Positions 28,018 through 38,917 of a stretch of 64,000 nt of DNA are shown here, piece by piece. The DNA is taken from the NCBI GenBank assembly GCA_027022365.1, contig JALVYU010000026.1, forward strand, positions 192,001 to 256,000. Reading direction: 5' to 3'. The DNA is from Desulfurococcales archaeon. GTDB taxonomy: Archaea > Thermoproteota > Thermoprotei_A > Sulfolobales > Desulfurococcaceae. The position numbers and the translations under genes were made by a program. The notes under the pieces were generated by a model. The model searched no databases. It was not told the origin of the DNA and was given only the letters and a program-made list of their open reading frames with translations. Position 1 is the stretch's first letter. Each line of letters opens with the position of its first letter.

Positions 28018-28222
28018 GCTTAATCCCTTGTCGACTCTTTATTAGGTCTTCCCTTTAAATAGACTGTTATTGTCCAGTATTCTTTTTTAAAATTACTAAA
28101 CATTTATGGATTTATGAGAAAATATTGCTGGATTTGAACTCTGTATAAGCTCATTTAAGAAAAGATATATTTAGAGATAATGTGTTATAGAATACTATGC
28201 AGAATATATCAGTTACATCAAG

Positions 28223-28864
28223 GTGTGGAGGGTGAAGAACATGAGCATCCAGGAAAAAATCAACGAGATGACTGAAGAGATAACAATTGATCTGTCGCAT
28301 ATACCTTTAAGGCCAACAAGCAAGAAAGAGATACAACAGCTTGAGATGGCGCTAATCATAGCAACGCTATACTCGCCTGAAGTAATAGAATTAATCAAAG
28401 ATCCTATTGAGCGTGCAACATGGGTTGATAGCCTCGCAGTTGCTGCTGCTGCTTTAGCGCGATATAAGGCGGGCTACTCGATCAGACAGATTGCTGATGA
28501 AGTGGGAAGAAGTGAAACAATGATAAGGGCTCATCTTAGCGGTAAAACAAAAGCTGGAAAACTAGTACTTCAAACGTATGAGAAATTAAAGCGAGGCGAG
28601 TTGAAAATAGTTGTACCGTTCTTAAAAGTACCGAAGACCATGGTGGAAGCCGACTTACAAGCGATACGTGAGGAGAAGAAGAAATTTGAAGAGGAGCTGA
28701 AGAAAACGAAGGAAGAACTAGAAAACTTGAAGAAACAATACGAGGATCTCAAGAACAAGTATGATCAGCTACTACACGAGAAGCAAGAATTAGAGGATAG
28801 GCTCAACAAGTTTACAGAAGCACTCAAGAAGATCAAGGAGATTATCGAGAACTTCACTCTTTAA
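28223..28864 (+). CDS. HTH transcriptional regulator with C-terminal coiled coil (COG1318-like)
   Basis: TWVDSLAVAA..LAR..G.SIRQIADEVGRSETMIRAHL.GKTKAG. Confidence 0.75.
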   Translation: MWRVKNMSIQEKINEMTEEITIDLSHIPLRPTSKKEIQQLEMALIIATLYSPEVIELIKDPIERATWVDSLAVAAAALARYKAGYSIRQIADEVGRSETMIRAHLSGKTKAGKLVLQTYEKLKRGELKIVVPFLKVPKTMVEADLQAIREEKKKFEEELKKTKEELENLKKQYEDLKNKYDQLLHEKQELEDRLNKFTEALKKIKEIIENFTL

Positions 28865-29225
28865 TCCTAATGCTTAGATGTATTTTTTCTGATTCCTTAT
28901 CCTTTATCTGTATCTCAATCTTTGATATGTTCTGTAATTTGAAATCCTCATCCCTCCTCAGTACAACTTGATACTTAAAACCATTAATGCTTCCTACAAC
29001 TTTGTACTCGTAGCCCTTAGAGGCGTCGCTAATACTCTTTTCTATTAGCTCAAATAGTATATTTGGTTGAATATTCATTTGCTCATATCTAGCTATGCCA
29101 AGCCAAGTATAATTTCCTCTCCTCACCTTAAATTTCTGTATAATTTTTCCATCCTCTCTATGTATGGGCATTCCTATCTTCATTTCCATAATGATCGCCT
29201 CCATTTGTAAACATATTTTTACCAT
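28854..29225 (-). CDS. hypothetical protein
   Basis: ORF only. Confidence 0.5.
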   Translation of the reverse strand: MVKICLQMEAIIMEMKIGMPIHREDGKIIQKFKVRRGNYTWLGIARYEQMNIQPNILFELIEKSISDASKGYEYKVVGSINGFKYQVVLRRDEDFKLQNISKIEIQIKDKESEKIHLSIRIKE

Positions 29226-29295
29226 TAAATATATAGATCTTAACTAATCTCTCTATAAATTTTTGAAAATAGCCTAGTGAAGAATAATTATATGA

Positions 29296-30318
29296 TTACG
29301 TGTTCCTAAATCTATCCAAGAATTTTAGCCTCTTAGAAGGATGAGGATGAGAACTAAATAATTCTTCCAGGAGACTAGGTTTAAGCGATTTAACATATTC
29401 TATTAGATAATCTATATCATGTGTACTTACCATTATTATGTTCTCGGGATCACTTATCAGTAGCATCTTCAGCTGAGAAGCCTTGGCAATCTGTGTCCTC
29501 ATTCTCTCTGACAACCTGCCCGTAGCGGCGAGTATCTTGACTAGTGCTCTCTGAAGATAATAGGCTCCATTTTTGACTGTTAGTGCTGAGTGCATGTCTG
29601 CATAATATTCTCGTAGTCTTGAAAGATAAAGTACACCTAGATTCAGAATAAATGCTATGACCATGAGGCCCAAGCCTATGATCATTATCGCGATTGGGCT
29701 TAGATCGTTTTCATCCCTATTGCCGAACCCGTAAAACCATCCCCAGCGGAGCATGATGTTTCCTAGCCACCATAGAATAGCTGGGAGTAACCCTATCATC
29801 ATCATTACCATGACATCCTTATGCTTTAGATGCCCTATCTCATGTCCTATTACAGCCTCGACTTCCCTCGGTTCTAAAATATTTAGGAGGCCACGTGTAA
29901 CCGCTATCCTATATCCCGCGATGATGTTACCATATGCAAATGCGTTAGGTACGTCCATTTCTGCAAGCATAAGGCGCGGTCTCTTGATACCGCTTTCCCT
30001 CGATATCTTATCTACGGCTTCCCTAAGCCATGAAGGCGCTCTATCGTCATAGGGCTCGACATGATACATAGCGTCTATTAGGTATGGGGAGATCAACCAT
30101 TGTATAAAGTATATCATTGTTACCATTGCGACAAGAGATTCTATGCTTATACCGCCAATTAATGGTGATATAGCCCATAATATTAATAGGCTCGCCCCTG
30201 TAACAATTAAGATTGATATGAGCATTGATAAGTAGAGCTTCCACATCAACGTACAAACACCGTAATACTCCACGATATCCTTTAGAATTACTCCTTTGCA
30301 CCCCTTATAAATACTCAA
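29296..30318 (-). CDS. htpX: HtpX-family M48 membrane zinc protease
   Basis: PNAFA, HEIGH, SRLREYYAD, SHP..KR. Confidence 0.9.
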   Translation of the reverse strand: MSIYKGCKGVILKDIVEYYGVCTLMWKLYLSMLISILIVTGASLLILWAISPLIGGISIESLVAMVTMIYFIQWLISPYLIDAMYHVEPYDDRAPSWLREAVDKISRESGIKRPRLMLAEMDVPNAFAYGNIIAGYRIAVTRGLLNILEPREVEAVIGHEIGHLKHKDVMVMMMIGLLPAILWWLGNIMLRWGWFYGFGNRDENDLSPIAIMIIGLGLMVIAFILNLGVLYLSRLREYYADMHSALTVKNGAYYLQRALVKILAATGRLSERMRTQIAKASQLKMLLISDPENIIMVSTHDIDYLIEYVKSLKPSLLEELFSSHPHPSKRLKFLDRFRNT

Positions 30319-30343
30319 TGTTCAATCAAGATAACAGAAACGG

Positions 30344-30655
30344 GTGGAAGCAATGTCTGAACTAGCTGTAGCGGTACTTGATCTTCATGGCCGTCTAATA
30401 ACGTGTAGCTCTACCAGCTCAATGCCTTATTCAAAAATACAGAATGCGGTTAGAATAGGCTACGACATATTCAGAACCGTTGATTTCATTGTAAGAGAAC
30501 TAGGTTATGAAACGCCTAAAAACGTCAGCGTGAAGACCGAGGATCTAGAGCTGACGGTATTTAGGCGCAGAGATAAAGTTGTCGTAGCAATGATATATGA
30601 GCCGAGCATACCAGTATCAATAAATAGCAATGCTACTGCCTCAATGGAGGCCTAA
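30344..30655 (+). CDS. hypothetical protein, possibly Roadblock/LC7-like
   Basis: AVAVLDLHGRLI beta-hairpin start and C-terminal beta strands. Confidence 0.45.
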   Translation: MEAMSELAVAVLDLHGRLITCSSTSSMPYSKIQNAVRIGYDIFRTVDFIVRELGYETPKNVSVKTEDLELTVFRRRDKVVVAMIYEPSIPVSINSNATASMEA

Positions 30656-30695
30656 ATACGAGTAAAATATTTACCAATCCATATTTCGATTCAGA

Positions 30696-31421
30696 TCATA
30701 AGTTAAGGATTTTCTTTCCATTAAGCTCAATCATTTTAACCACATATTCACGTTCAACGCCCTTTAAGGAACTGATCAGCTCAATTGTTTTCTCAATAAG
30801 GAATGGATTGAGCTGAAGCGACTTATACTTGTACGGGCCATCAGATTCCGTAACCATTATTTTAAGTGGGGCTTTCTCAATTATCCTCTTATGTTTTTCT
30901 TGAATAAGTGCTGCAGGATTAATACCTATAAAGTAGCCCATCGACTCAATATCTTTCAATAGATCCGCAGGACCAGTATACCAATGGAAATATGCTCTCT
31001 TTACATCGTATTTTACGAGTAAATTGAATACTTCACGCCAAGTCTTTGGAGTGTGGAGATTGTATATGAAATCATGTGATCTACCTGCTTCTAGGAAAGC
31101 CTTTAAGATTTCGTTCTGTTTATTAATCGTTTCAGCGACAAATAATCGATCAAGACCAACTTCTCCAATACACTTTACATCGTTCTCGATCGCTAAGTCA
31201 ACAAGCTTGTAGACATCATTAATGTTGTATTTAGTGATCTCCCAAGGATGTATTCCAATGCAAGGTATTATCTTACCTTTAAACTTTTTTCCGATCTCAA
31301 TATTTTTTATACTCGTACTAGGATCATCGGCGACAGATACAACTAAGATTTTATTGTTAATGAATTCAATGATGGATTTTTCATCGTATTCGTGGGCATG
31401 ACAATGCATATCAATGATCAT
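30696..31421 (-). CDS. TatD-family nuclease
   Basis: DMHCH, GIHPW, IGEVGLD, FHWYTG, ESDGPY. Confidence 0.9.
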   Translation of the reverse strand: MIIDMHCHAHEYDEKSIIEFINNKILVVSVADDPSTSIKNIEIGKKFKGKIIPCIGIHPWEITKYNINDVYKLVDLAIENDVKCIGEVGLDRLFVAETINKQNEILKAFLEAGRSHDFIYNLHTPKTWREVFNLLVKYDVKRAYFHWYTGPADLLKDIESMGYFIGINPAALIQEKHKRIIEKAPLKIMVTESDGPYKYKSLQLNPFLIEKTIELISSLKGVEREYVVKMIELNGKKILNL

Positions 31422-32145
31422 GGATAATTATCTCCCTCCCTTTTCCAAGCTTTTTGTAGGTGAGATCAAATCTCTTTGTCTCAACAAATAATTTGTTATC
31501 ACTAGTAAACACATTTATCTTACTATATCCTATGATGCCTTTTATGATTGATATTATAATATGATGAGACAAGAGACCATCCGTTATCAGATCAGCGAGT
31601 TTCTGGACAATATCGGTATCACTGATAAAAAGTCTCAAAAAATTCTGTGTAGCATACGATAGTGGTTTACTGGTTCTGCCCGACAGGATCGTGAGCATAG
31701 AGTACTTTGGCTCTAAGAATGGGATAAAAAATATGCACGCATTGTGTCCAATTAATGATTTAATGACCAATGAATAGTATGAAATGTTTTGTAGAACATC
31801 TAGCTCTTTATAACTAGTATTATTCTTGAGAACATATAGATTATCATCGAATTTTTTCATATATGCCTTAGTGCGAACACAATATATCTTCTTGCCCTGT
31901 AGGAAATCCGGAAAAGACCATAGAAAACCCTTGTCTTTACCCCAGACAAGTTCTTGGAAGTCCTTACCAGGGCATATTATATTATCGGTAGCACTAACCA
32001 TGAATAAGATGTTGTATGAGGAGAGTTTCTCAAGAACTAATATGCCGTCTCTAATGTATTTAGCTTCATTCACATTGCATTTAACCGTATTATTATTCAC
32101 GACGCAGATATCATAATATGCTAGATCATGCATGGTGCTTCGCAC
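31411..32145 (-). CDS. hypothetical protein
   Basis: Long ORF overlapping the tatD start. Confidence 0.55.
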   Translation of the reverse strand: MRSTMHDLAYYDICVVNNNTVKCNVNEAKYIRDGILVLEKLSSYNILFMVSATDNIICPGKDFQELVWGKDKGFLWSFPDFLQGKKIYCVRTKAYMKKFDDNLYVLKNNTSYKELDVLQNISYYSLVIKSLIGHNACIFFIPFLEPKYSMLTILSGRTSKPLSYATQNFLRLFISDTDIVQKLADLITDGLLSHHIIISIIKGIIGYSKINVFTSDNKLFVETKRFDLTYKKLGKGREIIIHDH

Positions 32146-32196
32146 CGTATTCTTAATTTAAGCCCGGTAATAATAACCTGTATGTTAGCCCGCGTA

Positions 32197-32253
32197 GGGA
32201 TGATGAGTTTGCCGATTACCGTAGCTTGTGCGGAATCTCCCGAAATCTGACCA
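32197..32253 (+). ncRNA. C/D box guide sRNA, probably targeting 23S rRNA
   Basis: C ATGATGA 32200-32206, D CTGA 32247-32250. Guides TTTGCCGA and TCTCCCGAA complement adjacent conserved 23S UCGGCAAA...UUCGGGAGA (recalled). Confidence 0.75.
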
Positions 32254-32265
32254 TGGTGTTGCTTA

Positions 32266-32931
32266 GTGAGTAAGAACCTAGTATTACTAGACTATGATCT
32301 AACTATTATGGATAACATGATTGATTTCTATGAGGCTTTCTCAGAATCCTTGAAGAGATTTGGTTGCAAACCAGTATCTTATGATATATTTATTAAACAT
32401 GTACTGGACGATAGTCTGCATGATCTTCTTCCCCCAGAAATACGACCACTGAAGTTTTGGATGTATTTCCGGAGAATATACCCTAGTAAATCAGGATATC
32501 CTATGAAGGGAATTAAGCGCTTTCTCATTGTATTGAAGAGCCTGAATACACCAGTAGTAGTTATCTCCGGAAGAGATTCTCACCCTCTTCTTTTATGGCA
32601 TGAGCTGGCGCGGTTCGGGTTAGATGATTATATAGATGAAATATATACGGTGTTTGATCTAAGGATGCATGGCGGTATCGAAGAAGAACTGTTCGATAAA
32701 AGCTGGCTCATAAGAATGGTTATAAAAAAGTATTACGTAGAACCATCACACGCTATATATATTGGCGATTATAAGCAAGATTACATCAGCTGCTCTAAGG
32801 CAGGGGTAAGATTCATTGGCATAACTAGGTATCGTGAAAGAGCCGAAACTCTCAGAAAACTTGGTGCTGAGATTATAGTAAGCGATTTTGATGAATTATT
32901 TTGTTATTTAGACAGGATAATTCGTTTCTAG
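32266..32931 (+). CDS. HAD-superfamily hydrolase
   Basis: DYDLT motif I, IGD..QD motif IV. Confidence 0.8.
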   Translation: MSKNLVLLDYDLTIMDNMIDFYEAFSESLKRFGCKPVSYDIFIKHVLDDSLHDLLPPEIRPLKFWMYFRRIYPSKSGYPMKGIKRFLIVLKSLNTPVVVISGRDSHPLLLWHELARFGLDDYIDEIYTVFDLRMHGGIEEELFDKSWLIRMVIKKYYVEPSHAIYIGDYKQDYISCSKAGVRFIGITRYRERAETLRKLGAEIIVSDFDELFCYLDRIIRF

Positions 32932-32996
32932 TTCATGTCATAGCTAAAGATAGAAGATAAAATAAAGAGGACAAAGAAAATAGTTTTCAAGACCGA

Positions 32997-33299
32997 TCAG
33001 TAAACTATAGCCATATACCGTCCGTCAGGCCCCATTGTTGCAAGTCCCTGTTCGATAAGTGTTGATAAGGCCTTTCTTATTTTGTCTTCACTGGCAATGC
33101 CGGATAATATGGTATGTATTTCCCTGAGATTCATTGGTCTCTCGCTTATTAGTTCTCGGATTATCTCTATGAGTTCGTCCTCATTAGGCGCCGTCATCAG
33201 CACGATGTCGCTATCCTCGTGGAGTATCTTTAACCTGATCTTCTTCATGAAGTACTCTATTTCCTTGTCCGTTAAGCTGATATTGTTCATGCCTTCCAC
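32997..33299 (-). CDS. winged-HTH protein
   Basis: PMNLREIH...SEDKIRKALSTL..G. Confidence 0.65.
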   Translation of the reverse strand: MEGMNNISLTDKEIEYFMKKIRLKILHEDSDIVLMTAPNEDELIEIIRELISERPMNLREIHTILSGIASEDKIRKALSTLIEQGLATMGPDGRYMAIVY

Positions 33300-33380
33300 C
33301 GATCTATTGATCGTCGCCTCTGTCTGGATAAGTTATATTGTATAGAACCGGATAACTTTTTTGGTAGCCTTCTTACACTG

Positions 33381-34709
33381 GTGTTTATGGAGTTGCCACG
33401 TGCGGCCCTAATACTGTATCGCACAAGGTTCACTCGATATAGTGTGAATGTTATATCAGCTGTAGCGGATCTCATTGATGATGTCGACGTCTATATAGTT
33501 GAAAACATTGAGCCATCGAAATCAACTAATCTATTCGACGTCTTAAAAGCAAAATATAGTATCGGCATAGTAGCTGTTTCTCTAAACACCTTTGCACTAG
33601 TAGATGATAATTTCCGTGCAAAGCTAGTTAGGTTGATTAGGACCGCAAAGAAGAAAAGGTTCATAACCCTAGCTGGAGGCCCCCATGCATCCGGTGACCC
33701 GCTGGGAACTCTAAATATTCTGGGCTTTGACTACGCGGTAATCGGCGAAGGAGAAGAGACTATCTATGAGTTTCTTTCAACAATAGTGAATTCTCTTGAT
33801 CCACTTAAGGTTAAGGGTTTGTTCACCGTTGTTGATGAAAAACCATTATTTACTGGGCAAAGAAACAAGCATGTTGATCTAGATGATTATCCCCCATTCC
33901 CGTACTGGAGGCATCTGTACAATCCCATTGAGATAACTCGGGGCTGTCCACATGGTTGCAAATACTGTCAGGTAAGTTATGTCTTTGGAAAGGAAATGAG
34001 ACATAGAAGCATAAATGTAATCATAGAGCATATCGACATAATGCTCAGTGATGGATTAAATGATGTGAGGTTTGTATCGCCGGACAGTTTGTCGTATGGG
34101 CTTAAATACTATAAGCGAGAACCGGCTTTGGAGGTTATTGAAGAATTGTTTACTCGGATCCATAATGTCTTCGAGAAACATGGGAGAGGAAGACTTTTCT
34201 TTGGAACTTTTCCAAGTGAGGTAAGGCCGGAACACTTGACAAGAGAAGCCGCGAGACTATTGTCGCGATATGTACATAACAAAAACCTGATCATGGGGGC
34301 TCAATCCGGGAGCAACCGAGTCCTTAAGATCCTTGGACGGGGACATACTATTGAAGATGTATTTGAAGCAGTCGAAAACGCTACCAAATATGGGTTTCGG
34401 CCGGATATAGACTTCATCGTGGGACTCCCGGTTGAAGAGGAAGAGGATCTTGTTCTAACACTTAAGGCTATCAAAAAGCTTGTAGATCTGGGTGCACGGA
34501 TACATCTCCATACTTTCATGCCGTTGCCAGGCACACCATACGCGTATAAGTCGCCAAAACATGTGCCGCAATGGTTTAGACGTGAAATCATGAGGATTAT
34601 AGGGAAGGGCGGAGGATACGGTCAATGGCTTAAACAAGAAGAAATATCTCGTAAAATAGTCGAGCTAAGACGGAAGGGGATAATACTTCCGAGAACGCGG
34701 CTCAAATAA
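33381..34709 (+). CDS. B12-binding / radical SAM protein
   Basis: AGGPHASG, GEGEE, RGCPHGCKYC. Confidence 0.85.
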   Translation: MFMELPRAALILYRTRFTRYSVNVISAVADLIDDVDVYIVENIEPSKSTNLFDVLKAKYSIGIVAVSLNTFALVDDNFRAKLVRLIRTAKKKRFITLAGGPHASGDPLGTLNILGFDYAVIGEGEETIYEFLSTIVNSLDPLKVKGLFTVVDEKPLFTGQRNKHVDLDDYPPFPYWRHLYNPIEITRGCPHGCKYCQVSYVFGKEMRHRSINVIIEHIDIMLSDGLNDVRFVSPDSLSYGLKYYKREPALEVIEELFTRIHNVFEKHGRGRLFFGTFPSEVRPEHLTREAARLLSRYVHNKNLIMGAQSGSNRVLKILGRGHTIEDVFEAVENATKYGFRPDIDFIVGLPVEEEEDLVLTLKAIKKLVDLGARIHLHTFMPLPGTPYAYKSPKHVPQWFRREIMRIIGKGGGYGQWLKQEEISRKIVELRRKGIILPRTRLK

Positions 34710-34760
34710 GCGCCCGGCGTCATCACATATTCAGTCCCGCCATAGTATAGTTCATTGCCG
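34700..34760 (-). ncRNA. possible C/D box sRNA
   Basis: CAATGA / CTGA (34731-34734) / GTGATGA (34720-34726) / TTGA; outer boxes degenerate. Confidence 0.45.
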
Positions 34761-34830
34761 CGTGTATGTTATTGATATATATTGGGAGAAATAAACCTAT
34801 TATAGCTATGGATAACCGAGGGAGAACATC

Positions 34831-35151
34831 ATGCCTGAGCTGGATGTATTAGGAAGGATACTCACTGAGTCGAAGAAAGGGGTAATTATACAGATATATG
34901 TTAAGCCAGGCTCTAACAGAGAGGAATTAGTTCTTGAGGGCGGCGAACTTGTGTTCTATACTACTGAACCTCCCGAAAAAGGAAGAGCAAATGCAGCATT
35001 GATCAAATACTTATCCAAAAGGCTGGGAATACCAGTTTCAAAAATAGACATAGTGAGTGGTCAGCATGATAGACTGAAAATGATCCTTATCAAAGACATG
35101 AAATTCGATGAAATAGTAGAGCTGATCAGTAATATCAAAGAAGAGAAATAA
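34831..35151 (+). CDS. DUF167 / YggU family protein
   Basis: VKPG, PPEKGRAN..LIKYL. Confidence 0.8.
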   Translation: MPELDVLGRILTESKKGVIIQIYVKPGSNREELVLEGGELVFYTTEPPEKGRANAALIKYLSKRLGIPVSKIDIVSGQHDRLKMILIKDMKFDEIVELISNIKEEK

Positions 35152-35478
35152 CTAGGTCTTTTCTCTTATTTTGAATCTGGGTGGAGCTATTCTTTCGCTC
35201 TTGCATCGTGGGCACCTACTTGGTTTTCGCGGTTTTTTCAAGTCCTTGAACAAATAGCCGCACTTCATACAATATGGGGGCACCATGACTATTTCGAGGC
35301 GTCCACGGCTTTTTCGGCTAAGTGATTTGGCGGCATGTAGAATCGCTTCGTAGACCAGGCGTCGATCACTCCGTCTAAGCCCAAGCAGAGCTATAATATC
35401 ATCTATCGTTAGGGGCGTTTCAGTGTTTTTAAGCACCTCAATTATTTTCTCGCGAAGAGTAAGATCGTCGGATAACAT
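35152..35478 (-). CDS. HTH plus Zn-ribbon transcriptional regulator
   Basis: PPYCMKCGY..KPSRCPRCKSERI.PP.F. Confidence 0.8.
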   Translation of the reverse strand: MLSDDLTLREKIIEVLKNTETPLTIDDIIALLGLRRSDRRLVYEAILHAAKSLSRKSRGRLEIVMVPPYCMKCGYLFKDLKKPRKPSRCPRCKSERIAPPRFKIREKT

Positions 35479-35539
35479 GGGCTATCACTGGAAACTATTT
35501 CTAACAATTGAATCCTTAATATTGATTGGTGGGAAATAG

Positions 35540-36802
35540 ATGAGCTTCGGGGATGTGGATAAACTAATCGATAAGATATACGATTACAGCCTTGAGGCCA
35601 GGGAAATAATTTCTCGACATGCCCACAAAACACCTCTAATAACAAGCTATACACTATCAAGTATTGTTGGTCGTAATGTCTACTTGAAGCTTGAGAATCT
35701 ACAGAAAACGGGTAGCTTTAAAGTTAGGGGAGCGATCTACAAGGTTTATAAGATCATAGAGGAGGCGCGCTCCAGGGGCGAGGAGGTAAAAGGAGTAGTA
35801 GCAGCTAGCAGCGGCAATCATGCTCAGGGGGTAGCGTACGCAGCAAGAGTATTCGGGCTGAAAGCCGTCATAGTCATGCCGAAAACAACCTCGGCCACGA
35901 AAGTCAATGCAACTAGAAGTTATGGCGCAGAAGTTGTTCTCCACGGCAATATATATGATGAAGCCTATGAGAAAGCCATGGAGATCGCTCGGGAGAAAAA
36001 CTATGTGTTCGTGCATCCTTATGATGATCCCCATGTCATTGCTGGACAAGCCACAATAGGCCATGAGATAATGGACGAACTAGCATCTCCCGGGTGTGTG
36101 CTCGTACCAATAGGGGGTGGAGGCCTAATCTCTGGTATAAGTATAGTGGTCAAGAAAAGAAAACCCGACACAAAGGTAATAGGGATTCAGCCAAAGAATG
36201 CACCAGCAATGTACAGGCTCCTCACGAGGAGCCTGGAAAACTATAGACCTAAACCATCAATAGCTGACGGGGTCGTAGTGAAGAAGCCAGGACAGATAAC
36301 GAGTAAGATCGTGGAGAAACTCGTGGACGATATAGTCTTAGTAGATGAAGAGGATATATCATATGCTATCAACTTCCTTCTCGAGAGAGCCAAGATAGTG
36401 GCAGAAGGAGCTGGTGCCCTACCAATAGCTGCACTGCTCTCGGGAAAATATGCTCCGCTAAAAGAACCAGTTGTATGTGTAGTCAGCGGAGGAAACATCG
36501 ATCCAACACTGTTGTCGAGGATTATCATGCATGAACTAGCGAAAGACGGAAGACTAGTCTCCCTAATAGGCGAAGTAGATGATAGGCCGGGAGAACTGGG
36601 CAAGGTGATAAAACTACTAGCCGAACATATGCTAAACATCGTTGATATAAGACATGATCGCTGGGATCCCGCCTTACTGCCCTCGAAAGCAAGAGTTGAG
36701 ATAATAGTGGAGGCGAAAACACTCGATGATGTAGTGAGGGCTCTAGAGGAGCTCGAGGAGAAGGGACTAAAGTTCAGAGCGAGAAGTGAGCTAGTGAAAT
36801 AG
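35540..36802 (+). CDS. threonine/serine dehydratase with ACT domain
   Basis: KLENLQKTGSFKVRGA, SSGNHAQG, GGGGL, DRPGEL. Confidence 0.9.
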   Translation: MSFGDVDKLIDKIYDYSLEAREIISRHAHKTPLITSYTLSSIVGRNVYLKLENLQKTGSFKVRGAIYKVYKIIEEARSRGEEVKGVVAASSGNHAQGVAYAARVFGLKAVIVMPKTTSATKVNATRSYGAEVVLHGNIYDEAYEKAMEIAREKNYVFVHPYDDPHVIAGQATIGHEIMDELASPGCVLVPIGGGGLISGISIVVKKRKPDTKVIGIQPKNAPAMYRLLTRSLENYRPKPSIADGVVVKKPGQITSKIVEKLVDDIVLVDEEDISYAINFLLERAKIVAEGAGALPIAALLSGKYAPLKEPVVCVVSGGNIDPTLLSRIIMHELAKDGRLVSLIGEVDDRPGELGKVIKLLAEHMLNIVDIRHDRWDPALLPSKARVEIIVEAKTLDDVVRALEELEEKGLKFRARSELVK

Positions 36803-37447
36803 TTTTTTCAAATACTTGGGGATTTCTATTAGGTCCCCAATAACATAATCAGCATACCTACACGCCGTTCCACACGGGCTCATTGCGAAGGAGACGCCTA
36901 CATCTCTGAATATAGTGATATCCCATGAACTATCACCGACGTAGACAGTCTTACTCATAGGGATCCCATGCTTTTCTGCAAGCTCACACATGATTTCCAA
37001 CTTCTTGTCAGGAGGAACTCTTGGTACTCCGCCTGGGATAAGCTCGTCGCCGATGAATAGTAGCTCATTATAATAGCATTCACTAATACCCAGCTCGCGG
37101 CATACGCGGCTGACCAGTAAATCGACACCACTGCTAATAACGATCGTTTTAAAGCCGTCTTCTTTTAACATCTCAACTGCTCTTTTGGCAGAGCTCCTTA
37201 TTCTAATACCGGATAAAGCTTTGACTACATCTTTCTTCGTAATAGGTCTGCCGTAACTGTGGATCATTAGTGCTATATCGATCTTCATCCAGTCCAAGTA
37301 ACTGATTAAACCCCGCTTATACAGGTCAGCGAAATAACTATTGTCTCTGCTCCCGAAGTATTCGTGTAGCACACCCCAACTGCTATGCTCAACAGTTAGT
37401 ACGCCATCACAATCAAAGAACACTAGTCCTTTCAAGGCTTGATGCAC
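36791..37447 (-). CDS. HAD-IB phosphatase (phosphoserine phosphatase-like)
   Basis: FDCDGVL, SSW..LH, VGDS..D. Confidence 0.75.
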   Translation of the reverse strand: MHQALKGLVFFDCDGVLTVEHSSWGVLHEYFGSRDNSYFADLYKRGLISYLDWMKIDIALMIHSYGRPITKKDVVKALSGIRIRSSAKRAVEMLKEDGFKTIVISSGVDLLVSRVCRELGISECYYNELLFIGDELIPGGVPRVPPDKKLEIMCELAEKHGIPMSKTVYVGDSSWDITIFRDVGVSFAMSPCGTACRYADYVIGDLIEIPKYLKKLFH

Positions 37448-38015
37448 CAGATGTACTCATTGACGAAACGATGTTTTTGATATAGTCTAGTAGCTCATCA
37501 AGTGTTTTCGCACTGTATTTCAGCTTAATTGTGCCAGATACATCATACGTAGAATCGCCTATCTCTATAACGAGCTCTACATCGTCTAGCTTGAGAGAAA
37601 CCCTGTTATCATCAATACCTATCTTTGCCTTCGGAAACTCTTTTTTCAAGTTCTCAACAATATTCTCCGGCGTTAGTGGTTTTTCCTCGCCAGCAAGACT
37701 TGGTAGTACCTCGTCAATAGCCTTCACAACACTTGGGAGCTCTGAATATAGCTTCTTGGTCTCGGTAAGTATCTCCTTGAGAACGTCCAGCTTGCTAGCC
37801 GATTTAAACAGAGATACTACAAGCTTGAAGTCCGCGCTCTTCAAGTATTTAGCGAGATTTTCGGGGTTACCGCCGAAGCTACTGAAATTATATTTTTCCT
37901 CGGCCTTTGCAATCATTTTCCGTACTTCGTCGATAATGCTAGCGACACTTTTATTGTTCGAATACTCCGCCAGCTTAGAGTTCACAATATGTCTCAGAAA
38001 ATCCGGGTACCTCAT
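37413..38015 (-). CDS. hypothetical protein
   Basis: Long ORF overlapping the downstream gene. Confidence 0.6.
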   Translation of the reverse strand: MRYPDFLRHIVNSKLAEYSNNKSVASIIDEVRKMIAKAEEKYNFSSFGGNPENLAKYLKSADFKLVVSLFKSASKLDVLKEILTETKKLYSELPSVVKAIDEVLPSLAGEEKPLTPENIVENLKKEFPKAKIGIDDNRVSLKLDDVELVIEIGDSTYDVSGTIKLKYSAKTLDELLDYIKNIVSSMSTSGASSLERTSVL

Positions 38016-38147
38016 TGTTTTCTCCCTGCGGTGATAAGAGTGTTGAAGACTCTAATAATGCTGACTGATCAATATAATTATGCATAAACGATATAATGTT
38101 CTCTGACGATTAGATACAGGGAAAAACAAGAATTATGGGATGCATTC

Positions 38148-38453
38148 GTGGCTAGACATAGAGCTCGTAAACATCGTTGGAACCCCTATACAAGCGAAGT
38201 CCAAAGATTCAGCGTCTATCCTCGTATACAGGTTCCAAAAGAGAAATCGATTAGAATAGGCGAAGAGTTCATCGTTAAGATCAACGATGTCGATGAAAAA
38301 GGAAGAGGCATAGCAAGATACCAGGGACACCAAGTTATAGTCTATGATGCGAGCCTGGGCTCGAAGGTACGGGTTAAAGCAGTCAGAAAGATCGGTGAAA
38401 CGATCTACGCGGAAATAGTTGAAACCCTCAGTGAAACTGATACGGAATACTAG
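38148..38453 (+). CDS. TRAM-domain RNA-binding protein
   Basis: V.I.D...GRGIAR..G..V.V....G..V.V. Confidence 0.75.
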   Translation: MARHRARKHRWNPYTSEVQRFSVYPRIQVPKEKSIRIGEEFIVKINDVDEKGRGIARYQGHQVIVYDASLGSKVRVKAVRKIGETIYAEIVETLSETDTEY

Positions 38454-38483
38454 ACCTGCCACTGCCAATATAACGGGATTATT

Positions 38484-38822
38484 ATGCAGCGCGGAGTCAG
38501 CTTTATAAAGCAGGTCATCAGGGAATTCGGTATAGACAATGTATCGGCACTATTTTCTGGAGAACCACTTGTTTCCACTGATGCATGGAAGCTAGTAGAT
38601 ATAGCACGTAGGCACAAATATTGGGTAGAATATGAGGATGAAGAAGGCGATCCTCCTCAATGCTATGTTCTTGTTATAGTCGTTGATGACAAATACATAA
38701 TAGTGCTTGCAAGGAGTCATGGAGAGAGCGTGGCGTATATGTATGAGAAAGAAAGCGTCAATATGGATGAGGCAATACGTTATGCGCGAAAGATATTCAA
38801 TGAGTGTTGTTCACAGCTATAG
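38484..38822 (+). CDS. hypothetical protein
   Basis: ORF only. Confidence 0.55.
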   Translation: MQRGVSFIKQVIREFGIDNVSALFSGEPLVSTDAWKLVDIARRHKYWVEYEDEEGDPPQCYVLVIVVDDKYIIVLARSHGESVAYMYEKESVNMDEAIRYARKIFNECCSQL

Positions 38823-38917
38823 GTTCTCCCTGTGTAGATATAATATAGCGGAAGCAGAATATTAGAATCTTAAAACTAAATATTATTTTTAAGCCAGCGA
38901 ATAAAGCGTGGTGTTTT

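Noticed and set aside
38030-38110. Possible C/D sRNA (TGATAA ... CTGA)
   Set aside because: Box sequences and spacing are unconvincing.
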